DNA from: Octopus sinensis
Lineage: Eukaryota
Assembly (NCBI RefSeq): GCF_006345805.1
Contig: NC_042997.1
Coordinates: 77,996,001-78,060,000, forward strand
DNA length: 64,000 bases
Direction of reading: 5' to 3'
The notes under the pieces are model-generated. The model had not been told where the DNA came from and did not search any database. It saw only the letters and a program-made list of their open reading frames with translations. Of this stretch, positions 37,991-50,900 are shown one piece after another. Within the stretch, counting starts at the first letter, position 1, and each line of letters opens with the position of its first letter. Position numbers and translations under genes: made by a program.

Positions 37991-38574
37991 CATGTTTGGC
38001 AAAATGATCAAGAAGCTATCCTTCAAAAATTGTCTCTTGTGTTGTAGACAGTTTGATGATTTAACTTCGGTCGAAAGTGATGACTGAGGCAAGCGTGGAT
38101 TTCATGAGCTTTTGTTCCTTTTAAGATCATTGATAAGGTCTGAAAGAAAGTCATCTGACATTATCACTGCCACACATTTCATTTAAGATCTGTTGTCATA
38201 CAAATCCCCTCCAGAGCTTGTTTGCCAATGTGCATTCATCTTAGACAATCATTTTGTCTGTTTCCCTGCCCAAAGACGAGTTCAGGAGCGGAAGGTATTG
38301 CATGATTCCTAGAAGTGTGGTGGTGATATGTATAAGTCCAGGAACTATTTTTGTTTTTTTACTGGTGGACTTTAATAGGCAAATAGATTGCTAAAAGAAG
38401 TTCAGAGAACTATTTCTGTTGGCATCAAAGGGTTGTGTGCGAAATTTGATGTTTCATGGTTGCAAGATATGGGTACTGAATATGGAAGGTGTGTGTGTGA
38501 GAAAGTTGGAAATAAGACGTGAAAGCTCCGCGTACATGAAGGATAAAGCACAAATGAGCTGAGAGAGAAAAAAA

Positions 38575-39684
38575 TAGGTTGGAAAGAAAGTCCTGTTGCA
38601 TTTCAAGATGGGAAAGAAACACATTTTTCTTAGGTCTCGATATATTTAAAGCAAGATATTTCTCATCGTTATTGATAATATAACCCCATTTATTTGGCAA
38701 TTGTGTAAAATTCTTCAGGTTTCGAAGAAAAATAAAACTCATTTTTTTTTATTAACCTCTTCACAATTAAACTGTATTCCCATTAAATAATGCTGCAATG
38801 ATCTGAAAAGATGAACGAAGTCAGGAAAGTAAGGATGATGAGGCCAAACTTACACATTTAATGTGATAATCTTTCCATGAGTAACTTGGGCAATATGTAG
38901 TCTTGTATTACTGTGTCAGAACAACACTCCTTTACGATTGACAAATGATGGGGCGCTTTTTCTGCATATTTTTTTGTGCAATGCTTTCAGCTGAGGACAA
39001 TATTTCTCCGCATTAAGTGTTTCGTTTTGGTTTAACACTTGATAGACGACACCCTCCATACCTCGTCAGTCACAGAGTATAACTTTTTCGGGTGTAGATT
39101 GGTTTGAGGATGGGTTTTCCTTTTATATTGGGTGCTAACCATGGTTGTTTTCATTGGATATAATTATAGAGAACCCACTTTTCATGACTTGTGTTATTTT
39201 TACTCAGGAAAGGTTAGGTAGCAAGTTTACTTTCAATAATGAGCATCTCTGATTAAACTGAGGAGTATCAGATGAGGAAACTACAGATCAAGTTAAGACA
39301 TTTTTCCTAGTTCATGAAGGTGTTTTATGATTGAAGTGTGACATAAAGCCGTCTTGCTACTCGTGCAGTTTGCTTTGGATTTATTTCAACTACAGTTTTT
39401 GGAACTTCAGTATAGAGAAAAATTAACTGACTGAGACTGGCCAAACCATCGTGGACTTGTACGGACACTTAAATCTTCATTTCCATAGAAAGAACGAATT
39501 TCCCCTTTTAAATTCACTCAGCATGCAGTGTTTGATATAGGCCTGATCTATAGTATAAAGTTATCTGGAAAAAAAAAACAAAACAATACAGATGATATGT
39601 TAGAATGTAGAAATTAATACTTATTAAAAATATACATTCAAAGCGATCATCTGAAAAACGCTATTTTACTTTCTTTCTAACCTA
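38575..39684 (-). mobile_element. Highly degenerate mariner
   Basis: TIR pair taggttggaaagaaagt (38575) / actttctttctaaccta (39668-39684), 1 mismatch; minus-strand remnants HEKWVLY, LHPKKV, ETLNAEKYC, HHPYFPD, HLFRSLQHYL. Confidence 0.8.
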
Positions 39685-39714
39685 ATATGTAGTAGATAAA
39701 TCATTCGAAGCGTG

Positions 39715-39900
39715 CAAGAATATGATGCACATCGGGGATGACAGTTGGGTGAAGAAAGGTCAACCTATGGAAGTGGAAAATGATGCAGAAGAAGCTGTGA
39801 AGGTTGATCTCAGAATGACTCTGGAGAAGACTAGATAACAAATAGTGAGACGTTGAATTGGAAAAAAAACTGTCCAGCACATGCCAGCTACAGAAAAACG
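39715..39900 (+). mobile_element. Old RTE C-terminal remnant
   Basis: HIGDDSWVKK...EAVKVDL resembles RMDEDSCVKK...EVVKHDL of the long RTE. Confidence 0.45.
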
Positions 39901-41014
39901 TTACCGTTTCTGCCATTCCCGCCCTTTTTACTACAATTAGAATCGTAAAAGTAAAATAGCTGGGGGTCGATATAAGACTTTTGGAGAACCACGCAAGCAA
40001 AATAGGAAATTGGGGACCTACAGTAGTATATTAAGAGTCCATGAAAAAATGTTACTTTGGATGTATTTATTGCAAGAAACAGCTAGACGTCTTTGACATC
40101 TTACATAGTTCAGCTTATACAAGTTAATGTTATGGAAAGCAAAATAGGAATTTTGAAAGAAGTATTTGTAGAACTAGATTTTAAACATGTAATGGCTATG
40201 GGGTCCACCTGAATAAAATATCAATCAAAGGGGTCCAGAAGTAAAACATGGTTGAAAACTACTCATTTAGAAGTAGGTGAAGCTGGTTATTGAAAGTTAT
40301 GTGGGATCTTTTCACTTTCACCGGCAGATTTTTTTAATAATTTCTTTGTAACTAAACACTTTTAAACTTCGTATACTGGTAGTGTGTTACATAAAACATC
40401 TTTTTCTCTTGGCTTTCTTGAGAAAATTCTATAGTTTGTAAGCTATTGTTTAATTTCTTGCATTTCGGCAATTTCAACCAATCAATGACGTCTATTGAGG
40501 TGAATACAATTTCTGCCGTATTTTGTCAACAACATTTTCTGGCGGTGTCATATCAAATTTGGCAAAAAATGGATTTCATTTTCTTGATTAACACACAAAA
40601 CTAAATCGGTATAACCGAGTTTGGAAAGGATTGAAACAAAATTGAAAGAATACGAAATGTGTGAGAGCAACCGAAAAAATCCGGTAAAAAAATTATCGGC
40701 GGGTATCTGGCAGGCTCGTTTTAAAATTTTTTGATCTATTGTACCCCGGCACTAGTACATATTGAATCATCCTTTGCAGAAAAAATGAACTTGATATTAG
40801 ACTGAACGATTCAAAGAAGAGTGTAAAACTAAGTACATGTTTTACTAAATGGCATTATAAGCATCTCTAAAAATGACATGAATTAGGCCCATTAAAGGAT
40901 GAATGACAAAGCTCACTTCATCGGGATTTTAACTGAGAATGTAAAGAGTCGGAACAAATACCGCAAAGTATTTTTTTGTTGCTCGAGTGATTCTAGTAAC
41001 AATTATTTTTAATT

Positions 41015-41210
41015 TAGGCAAAAAGTCAGCAATTTTGAGTGGAGAGGTTTGGACGATACCATCGACCCCCAGTACTAGTTTGGGACTTTATTGTATCGAC
41101 TCCGAAATGATGAAAGGTCAAGTTAACTTCGGTAGGATTTGAACTCAGAATGTAAAGAAGTGGAGAACTACTGCGTGGTATTTTGCTCGACGCACAAACC
41201 ATTCTGCAGG
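41015..41210 (-). mobile_element. tRNA-derived SINE, degenerate
   Basis: gatgaaaggtcaagttaacttcggtaggatttgaactcagaatgtaaag is the reverse complement of the 52810 SINE core. Confidence 0.65.
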
Positions 41211-42132
41211 AATCACCAAGATCTGCATGTCTACGCAGATCTGATTATATTGTGGTTGTGCTGTACCTCTGCGCTCTTCATCTGCCCGTGCTATGCTGTT
41301 AAGTTCACGACAAGTCAAAGGTCAGTGTACGTTCCAATATAAATAAGCAACAATCTCAGTAAACATTATTATTTTGAAGGCAAAAAGCTACGAGCAGGCA
41401 CAAGCAAACAAATGTCTTGTAGAATTCTAAATTCGTCCCACATTGAAGCTAAACCTTGAGTTTCAATGATTTGATTTGCTGTTGAGAGTGGTATTTTATA
41501 AACAAGAATTATTCTGCTTCAAAGCACTTTACTGAAAATAAATAGCCATCACGATACCTAACGCAGTAGTTCTCAACTGGTCTGCTTCAGTACAGTAGTG
41601 TATCACGAAACTATTCTTTGTTCACTGCAAACATTTTTCAATTCTTTTTAAGCAAAATAGATTTTAAAATAAATACATTTCTTTTTTGTTGCGTTTACTT
41701 TCATAGACTTTACTATTTATAAAAGTTTGGGTATCAAACTTAGCAAAACCAACAGAAAAAAATAGATAATTTCATTCGTTATGTGGGTGTTTTGAAGAGA
41801 TAGTTTTCTATATAATTTATATCTAAATATATTTTGTTTTGAATAAGAAAAATATTTAATTTTGGCAGACGTCCGAGAGTTAAAAAGTTTGGTCAATGGT
41901 CTGTGGCGAGTCAAAGACATTTGGGTGTCACTGTGCCCCTACTACATAAGAAAATAGTACAAATATAAGAAGGATTCATTGTTTTATGATCGAAATAAAC
42001 CCTGTTCAAGAGAAAAGCTCTGCTCACAGATGTTTCACTAGAATTAAACTTACGAAATGGAAGTCTTGAAAACTTGTTTCACATTTCATTATGGCAAGGA
42101 TTTTAAAGAGGAAACACATGGCTCTTAAAATA

Positions 42133-43393
42133 TAAGGTCGTCAAGTATGAAATTTGTAGTAAGGTGTATGGTAAACTTTGACAGCTGCTCATTTTGCGCC
42201 ATTATTATATTTTGACAATCTTTATTTTTTGTTTGAAAGCTGACACATCTATTTCTTTATTCTAACTCATTTTGCGCTTTATAAACTATTTATAAATCGC
42301 TTTTTGCTATATTTGTTTAGAGATGGATAAGTCGGAAATTCGTACAGTTTTGAAATATGAGTTCTTTCTTGGAAATACAGCATCACAGACAGCTCGGAAT
42401 ATTAATGGGGTATTTCATTCTAATGTTATTACACAGCAGACAGTATCAAATTGGTTTGTAAAACTTCGTTCTGGTAACTTTGACCTCACAAATGAGTAAC
42501 GCGGTCGACCAGAAACAAAGGTGGATCATGACGAAGTGAAAGTCACCGTCGAGTTAGATCCATCTCAAGGTGCCCGTGAATTATCGTTGTTGTTTGGTGT
42601 TAGCAAGCAAACAATATTGACTCACCTAGTTCAAGTCGGTAAAGTGAAAAAGTTGGATGAGTGGGCTCCACATGAACTCAATGAAAATCAGAAGCAGCAA
42701 CGTTTGGAAGCCTGCATTATGCTACTTTCTCGTCACAAAAATGAATCATTTTTGAATGGAATTGCAACATGTGATGAGAAATGGATCCAATACAGCAACC
42801 GTAAACGTTCAGCACAATGGCTGGACAAAGACGAGCCACCAAAACACAGTCCAAAAAGCAAAATTCATCAAAAAAAGCTGATGGTGTGTTTGGTAGTCTG
42901 GCGTAGGTGTGATCCATTATGATTTCATTAAATCTGGCTTATCAATCACGGCCGAAGTATACTGCAGCCAACTGGACCAAATGATGCAGAAACTTACAAA
43001 AAAAAACCCAGCCTAGATTATAGATCCACTCGTATTTTATTGCAAGACAACGCCAGACCACACATCGCAAAAATGACATTGGCAAAACTACAGGATTTGG
43101 AGTTGGAAGTTCTCCATCATCCACCATACTCACCTGATCTTGCCCCCACTGACTACCACTCCTTCCAGATTTTGGATAACGTTTTGATAGGAAAAAAATT
43201 TAATTCCGACGATGCTGTAAAACAGGCCTTCCAAGATTTTATTGACTCTAGAACTTTTACAGTTCCAGGCGGGACAAGCTACTGCTGAAATGGCAAAAGT
43301 GTATTGACAATATGGACGCATACTTTGATGAATAAAACTATTCCTTGTATTTATAAAACATTAGGAGTTTATATTTGTTGACGGTTCAGTATA
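42133..43393 (+). mobile_element. mariner, degenerate full-length (transposase 42323-43335)
   Basis: MDKSEIRTVLKYEF, WAPHEL, TCDEKW, QDNARPH, HPPYSPDLAPTDYH; internal stop and frameshifts; left TIR aaggtcgtcaagtatgaaat resembles the Mos1 TIR; right TIR eroded. Confidence 0.9.
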
Positions 43394-43644
43394 GTTGCTA
43401 CTTTTAAATAATGTGTTTGATTATAATTTAAATTGATATATCTCCCTAATTAGGATCGTAAATCGTTAGAACTTTACGTGAAATGAAAGTTCTTATAAAC
43501 CTGTGTAAATAAAAGTTATATTCATATTTGATAACGAAATACCACAAATAGAATGAAACGATTGTGTTTTAATAATGATGAGACTAACATTTCTATTATT
43601 AGTATATTATATTATCTTTTACCTTTTAATTGTTTTAGTTATTG

Positions 43645-45096
43645 GACTGCAGCCATGCTGGGGCACTGCCTTGAAGGGTTTGGTCGAAGAAATGATTTCA
43701 GTACTTATTTGTTTTTAAAGTCTGGTACTAATTCTATCTATTTCTTTTTGCTGAAACGCTAAGTTACGGAGACGTAAACACACCAATACCGGTTGTTGAG
43801 CGGTGGTGGGGACAAAGATCTACAAAGACACGCACAACGAGGGTAGGCCGAGAAGTTCATCGGCTGACTATGAATGAGTGATGCTAGAGCTATGAAACCT
43901 GGCATGCATTAATTTCAAATATCATTATTAACAACTGCATTATTTCTTTCCAGGTAAAATGACAGCTAATTGTTTAAAGAAGGCTGCAAAGTAACTAGTA
44001 GCGATTTCTTTTGAAAATCGACAAAATCTACCATCGTGATGTTATTAAGTATTTGCAGAAAAGGGTTAGCCTCCCACAACATTCATGCCGACATGGTTGC
44101 TACATTAGGGGATGACATTCCAGCTTTATCAAAAGTGCAAAAGTGGAGCTGATTTTAGGAGGGAAAGGGAAGGTCTTGAGGACGTCCCAACATCTGGACG
44201 TTCTGCAACTGCCACTATTGAGGAAAACATTGATCGTGTTTACCAAATGGTGATGGATGATGGGTGATTGACTATTTCTAATCAAGAAGCCGATGTTAAT
44301 GGCATATCTCGTGAGACAATTGAGAATATTCTGCACAATGAACTTGGCATGACGCAGGTTTCTGCTCAGTGGGTTCCACATTTTCTGACACCTGATCAAA
44401 AACGCACCAGGCTGATCACATCACGGGCAAATTTGATATTGTTTCGGGTAGATTCAGTTGGTTTCCTTGAACGTTCCCTATGTCAGGATGAGTGTTGGTT
44501 TCTTCACTTTGAGCGAAAGACAGAGACATTCCATGAAGTGGAAACACCCCTCCTCACCTACTTCAAAGAAGGCCAAAGTCGTTTCATCTACAGGGAAGGT
44601 GAGGGCTTCGGTTTTTTTGAGATGCAAAAGGCATTGTGTTTATTGACTATCCTCAAAAGGGCAATAACTGGCGAGTACTATGCCAATTTACCGAGGAAGT
44701 TACGCTTCACATGTTATATTCCTGGTTGATCTGCTTCCAAATCCCTTGATTTGGCCCCATCTGACAAACATCTGATCCTAATAAAAAAACAAAAAACAAC
44801 AAAACCCCACTTAAGTGAGAACCAGTATTGCAGTGATGATGACGAAATATCTACAGTTGATAACTTTTTTGATTAACAAGATGAAAGCGTTTTCACCAAT
44901 GAAATCCTCTTATGTACATGATACACACACACACATATATATATATATGTCCCCCTCTACCAAGTCCACTCACAAGATTTTAGTCGGCCTGAGGCTATAG
45001 AAGAAGACACCTGCCCAAGGTGCCACGAAGTGGGACTGAGCCCAGAATAATGTCATTGGGAAGCAAACTTCGTACCGGGCAGCCACGTTTGCATCT
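43645..45096 (-). mobile_element. SINE split by a mariner insertion (3' half 43645-43837, 5' half ~44915-45096)
   Basis: Both halves are on the minus strand and are consecutive parts of one SINE family; the 5' half matches the 31895 copy. Confidence 0.7.
43838..44910 (+). mobile_element. irritans-like mariner, 3'-truncated and degenerate
   Basis: Left end cgagggtaggccgagaagttc; VSAQWVPHFLTPDQK, QDECWF, ITGEYYANL; no right TIR seen. Confidence 0.8.
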
Positions 45097-46249
45097 GTAT
45101 TAGTCTGCAAAATGATACTAAGATTAAAGAAAAGGGAAGTTTCGAAGTCCTAGATCTAAGATTAAAGAAAAGGGAAGTTTCGAAGTCCAAGATATCCAGA
45201 AGTTTTCCAATTGTCAGGGAAAGTGTTCTGTATTTAGATTTCCCTGCTCGCTTTTAAAAGGTTCTATGCAATGTTTAATTGGTTGGCTGTTTTGAAAAAC
45301 AAACAAAAGACAGTCAGGATCAGATAGTTGAAGTACATGTAAACTTGTATCTGTAGACAATGAAGGTGAAAAAAAAAAACAAAAAAAAACGAAAAGCAAA
45401 AACTCTTTTGAAGAGAAACTTTCAGGAGGAACAATATAATGAATGGGTTGTTTTCGAAATTTTATACTTCAGAATGTGGTTTGGGAAAAGAAAGGAAATA
45501 TAATTACCATCTCTTGAAATAACATTTCGTGTGTGTGTGTGTGTCTGTGTGTTTATGTTTACACCGGTCTAAAAACTAGTGTTCTTTAAATTATGGCTCA
45601 TAGCTCAGTGGGTCTACAAAAAGAGATTGATAGAATAAGTTTCATTATTTTATTCATGTATTAATCCTCTTCTTCCCAATTAGCAAGTCTTAGTTCTGTG
45701 TTAGGCTTCCAGATCGACCAAAATCTTGTGAAAGCTTCACGGGGTTTCATAGTGTAAACTTTACTTCCATATCTGTTTTTTTTTTTTAACCCTGATAAAA
45801 CTTCCTACATATGTAACGCTTTCTCCAGTTGGAAACAATACTTAAATAAGATTGATACGAGCGGTTAAAATTCTGAAAGCGATGCTCCAGCCCGGCACAC
45901 TCAAATGACTGAAATCAGAAAAACTATAACAGAATATATATTTCTCAGCTCTTTACTGCGGTATTCTCTGTGTTTTATCTTCTTTTTTTTTATCTCAAGC
46001 CAGGAGAAAATATCCACATAATTGCAAGATCTGTTGTATCTTGCCTCACATCCTAATATCTTTCACTAATGTTATAGTTAATACTTTTCCCTGTTGTGAT
46101 ATTTAAAGCCTTTATCATATTTTATAATTGTATCTTGTCACTCATCCGCCTATCTTTGTTGTCATATTATCTGTGACTTGTTCATCCAATAGCATTCACA
46201 AAAGTAACCATAGTATATTTGTTCTCGTGTTTTAAGTGACAACTATCTT

Positions 46250-46420
46250 TGCTAGCAATTTCTTCAGGCTTTATGTTCTGAGTTCAAATTCTGCCGAAGT
46301 CGATTCTGCCTTTCATACTTTCAGGGTCGATGAAATAAGTATTATTTGAACACTGGGATCAATGTAATCGACTGGCCCTCGCCCTTAAAACAATGTTAGG
46401 CTTTGTGCCTATAGTAGATA
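46250..46420 (+). mobile_element. tRNA-derived SINE, 5'-eroded
   Basis: ttctgagttcaaattctgccgaagtcga..cctttcat..ggtcgatgaaataagta, with an (ATT)-like tail. Confidence 0.7.
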
Positions 46421-47905
46421 AGATTATTATATGATGACTCCTTTTTTTCCCCATGGAATCTTTGTTAAACTGTATTATTCATTTCTAAAACATTTTAGTT
46501 CTCTATCGCCGAAGAGGTTCTATAATAATACTATTCTATTCAAACCATATCAACTTTTCAAAATATTCGAATCAACGGTAAAACTCAAGGACAAAACATT
46601 TCTATGATTCTTTCTCAAATTGAACATGTATGTTCTTTTTTTTTTTCATTCAAAACGTGTCCAAACACGTGCAGCCTGTTTGATGTTAATTCTAGAAATA
46701 CTTTTTTTTTAATCGACTGATCATCAATAGTTTTTCCTAATAAACAATGCAACTGAAAAATTCCATTTTGATATCTTCAAGCTTTTCTGAGAAGTCATTA
46801 GTCAATAAGAACCTATCATACTAAACTTCTAAACTTCAAAAGCAAACCATTCCTTTGCTGAAAATCTATCGTAGCTTCAGTATTTCATTATAGACATTTT
46901 ATTTTATTGCTGATGTCTTAGTTGTATTGCTTTAGTCATCTCCATCTTCCTTCCTTTCCTGCATCTTCTTTTCTTATTCTAACATGTGTGTACTTTTCTT
47001 CAAATACAACTTCTATAAGATTTTTCGTTCTAAGGTGTGCATATTCAAATATAAGTAGTGGATATGTAATTGTGTGTGTGTCTCTCTCTCACTCTCTCTC
47101 ACACACACTCACACAAATACAGGGAATTTCATTCTGAGTTCGTATTTAAAATTATGCGTACAAAGTTATATTTGATTTTAAATATTGACTTTTGTTGAAA
47201 GCAAATATTAATTTATAACAATGCAAGATCCACTTACTGAAATACACGAACATATATGATCGCTCATGATAATGAACTGTTACAAAACACAATTAAGTGT
47301 GCATATATGTAAATGTATAGTTATTGAATTTAGTGTCATAAACAGATGGAAAGATATCTGTGGGATATAAAAATCTAGCAACCTATTAGCAACGTGTTTA
47401 TACATATACGTAGAGACGCATACATACACGCACAAAACACTCATACAGAGAGGTAGATAAAAAAGAACCTGTAGAGATAGAAGTATGTGTAAAACCAGTT
47501 AAATGTTCGTGTAAGATAGACTAACAACGTTTATACATTTTGATGTATTGAAGCATTTTTACATAACATCTGGAAGGCTTTAGAATGTTCTTTATTAATT
47601 TTAATTATTTGAACACTCTGAATCACCAGAATGCACGAGGTGACTATTTTTCTGAATACCAAATGGAAGAAGAACCAGCTTTTGAACTGAAAGATACTGA
47701 ATTCGTATCTTGTCAGTTAAAACATACAGGCCAGTCGAGACTATAATATTCTTTCAATTTTCAGCTGAGTCTATTTTATTAAGGAATGTATCACTTTTCC
47801 ATCTATTATATGATCTAAAAAATCTATTATATTATTTAGATTATATATAATCTAAAATCTATTGTATAATCTAAAATCTATTCGCCAAAATCCAGCTATC
47901 AAAGA

Positions 47906-50900
47906 TGTAGTGTGATGGAGGAAAAGGACAACAGAAAAAGAAGCAATGGGAGAAAGAAATACAAAAGGCCTTACCTCGGTGAAATCAGCGGTCACTCTCC
48001 CGAATTCAACACGTCTTGTCGCTCTGCCGTCTGTGCTGGAACTCACCACACTTCTTCGCTGATCACACGTGCTTCCTGCCCACGCATGCGCTTTTCACTC
48101 TTCCGCCGGCCCCTGCAAGCCTTACTTCCGCCCACTTCATCTGTCATCCTCTCCACCAACACCATATTGCTCATCACAGCCCATAACACCGCCAACACCA
48201 CACGCACCCCTGATCTACAGATCACTCAGCCGGCTTTCCCACTCACTCCTCGCTCCCGAACTCACACCATAACTGGTTTCATAATCAGCCAACTAGGGAG
48301 GAGGGTGCTGCTCCCTAGGACTGGCCTGAGTTCCTGGCATGTTGCTGTTGGCTTCATCATCTTCTCTACTGATGTTGTCTTCATCTTCTTGCCTACTGTT
48401 GTTGTCTTCATCTTCTTGCCCACTGCTGCTGGTTCCATCCTCTGAGGCATGAACAATCTTCCGTATATCCAAAACGTGGCGTGGCATACCATCGACAGAA
48501 ATGTTGTTCCCTTTCCCCATCGTGATGTACACGGTGCGTTTGGGGTTTTTACCCAAACTTCTTCCCCGACCTGCACGAAGGCGTGCTCTTCCTCTGCCCC
48601 GGGTTGCATTGATGCAGTACACAGATGCCTCCACTCGTACCTGAATATTGCCCTGTGTGGCACCGAGTTCTCAGCCTGTCCTGATCTGGGCAACATATTA
48701 TACCAAAATACAGCCTCGATTGGTGAAATGTGGCCCCTCTCTGCCATGGTCTTGATGGTACGATGATGCCTTTCCACCACCCCATTTCCACTTGGCCGGT
48801 ATGCCATCCTGAAGAAGCGGTTGACCTTCCACCCATCAAGCATTTCTTTCAGCACCTCCGAGTGAAATGCAGTGCCATTATCCAGAAGCAGTTCATCCAC
48901 GGGGCCTCGTTCCAGGAATATCTCATTCAATATTTTCACAATATTTTCACAATATTTTCATCTCCCTCCATATGGCCAACCGCCCCGGTCCGCAGTCAAC
49001 CATTGAGAGGTATGTCCCCCCCCCCGGTAGTGTATTATGTCCACCGCCAGTCGTTTCCAGTCGTGGTCCACTGGAATACTTTCTGCCTCATGTACGCCCG
49101 GAGCAAGGTCGATGGACTGACACCTGTCACAGCTGCTAACCACTCTCTGCACGCTCCGTCTTGTTACATCAGAGTCAACTTTCCTGGCTAGGAACAACAT
49201 CTTGTCCACCCCCATGTGATGCATGGCATGCAATCTCCGCAACTCCGAGTCACTCAGACGGCATACTACAGCCACAGCCTGCTCCGCATCATCTGGCACC
49301 TGCAACCAGGCTCGCTTTACCCTGGTCAGGACGTCTGCCCTGTTCTTCTCGGAAGGCACAAAGATCACGCTCAGCTTCAGATTGAACTCAGTGGTTAGTT
49401 CACGCAGTATCCCCAATCGACGCTTTACCAGCATCTCTGCGGCCCCTTTGGTTCGCACCCTCCGCTCATTGGTGATGACTGCTGTCACCCAACCAAGTAC
49501 AGTGGCCGAATCAGTCCTGATTTCTATGGCGTGCAAGGTTCTTCAAGGCTAGGTTCACTCCCTTCAACACGGCATCCAACTCCGCCACATTGATATGATT
49601 GTAGTCATCCGTCTTCCTGAGCCAGGCTGCATCTTCCACAATGACACCCCCCACTTCTAAGACAACCCCTATTACGATGCTACTGGCGTCACACCATACA
49701 ATCCCGCTCTTTGATTTGGGAACATACCAACTGCCCCTCACTGGATCCTCTGCTCTTACTCTGGCCAAGACTTCCTGTATCATGTCAGTCGTCTTCTCCC
49801 CCACTCTATCGTTCCACTTCACTCCTTTGGCTTGTCTCTTGATGAAGCCACATGCTGTCCGGAGCCATCCTGCAATCGGGTAGTGTCCCACCAGCTTCCC
49901 ACACACCGAGAACAGTTCCCGTCTACTCATGCTGGCGCCCAGTTCGGAGATCTCGTTTCCTCGCCGGAACACCAACGCACCGGCCTTGTCTCTCCATAGC
50001 TTGAGGCCCAGTGCAGCACCTCCCTCCATTGCCTCTGGTGGCTTGGCGATCAGTCCAAAACTCTTCAGGTGGCCTATGACCTCCGTTGCTGGCATTACGG
50101 TTTCATCCACCAGAATATCATCAATGTACGAATTGGTGGCCTTTTTTACTCTGTCCACCTTTCTCAGGATGGCCTTGAGAATTGTTGCCATAATCTTTGG
50201 CGCTGAATTCAGCCACATGCACCTGTAGGTATGCCCACTTCAAATCGACGATCGTGGAGACCCCTGTCATCTGTCTCCACTCTCACAAGGTGTCTCCGCA
50301 GACATCTGTGGCCTCGCCGCCTGTATGACATGATATATGGTCATTCAGCTCTCGGAAGTCGGGCACTGGCCTGACCTTTTGCTTTGTGGGCTGTACCACC
50401 GCCATCAGTGGCAGAACTCCGCTCTCTTCTTTTTCCCAAGAGATCAATATGCCCTCCTTAATCCACCGCTCCACCGCCCTCTCTAACTCCCTTCTGGCAT
50501 CTCCTTTTAGAGTATGCTGATAGCAGCCCACTTTATTTTTTAACGTCGGGGGCTCTCCCTTCCAGTATAACTCCACTGTCCACCTCTGGCCATCGAAGAC
50601 AGCCCGAAAGTCCTGGTCTTCAATGGCGTGTGCAGCTTGCTCCTCTTCATGGTTCTCAACAGTGCATGGTCTCGCCATACACGATTTCCCCGCAAACCCG
50701 AACATTACACCGGCCTCGTTAACAGTGACACCTTCCAAATGGGTGATTGCATCCATCCCCATCACCACGTCAATCTCGTCCACCAAGTGGCCAACTACAA
50801 TTGCTCGCAGCGTCAGCCTTATTCCCTACACCACAATCTGCGCATCTGTAACGCCTTCACAGTGTACTTCTCTTCCGTCGACTGCTCTTACACTGCTTTC

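Noticed and set aside
40310-40760. Possible Helitron or other DNA-element remnant ending CTAGT
   Set aside because: No convincing terminal hairpin, TIR or TSD could be established by eye.
42323-43335. Domesticated (SETMAR-like) mariner transposase
   Set aside because: Internal stop and frameshifts, no fusion partner; the other full-length mariners here are also broken.
45118-45188. 33-bp tandem duplication
   Set aside because: Simple local duplication with no associated structure.
47912-48445. Plus-strand ORF MEEKDNRKRS..., repeated at 51680-52120
   Set aside because: Antisense reading of the two LTRs; the duplication is explained by LTR identity and no domain is recognisable.
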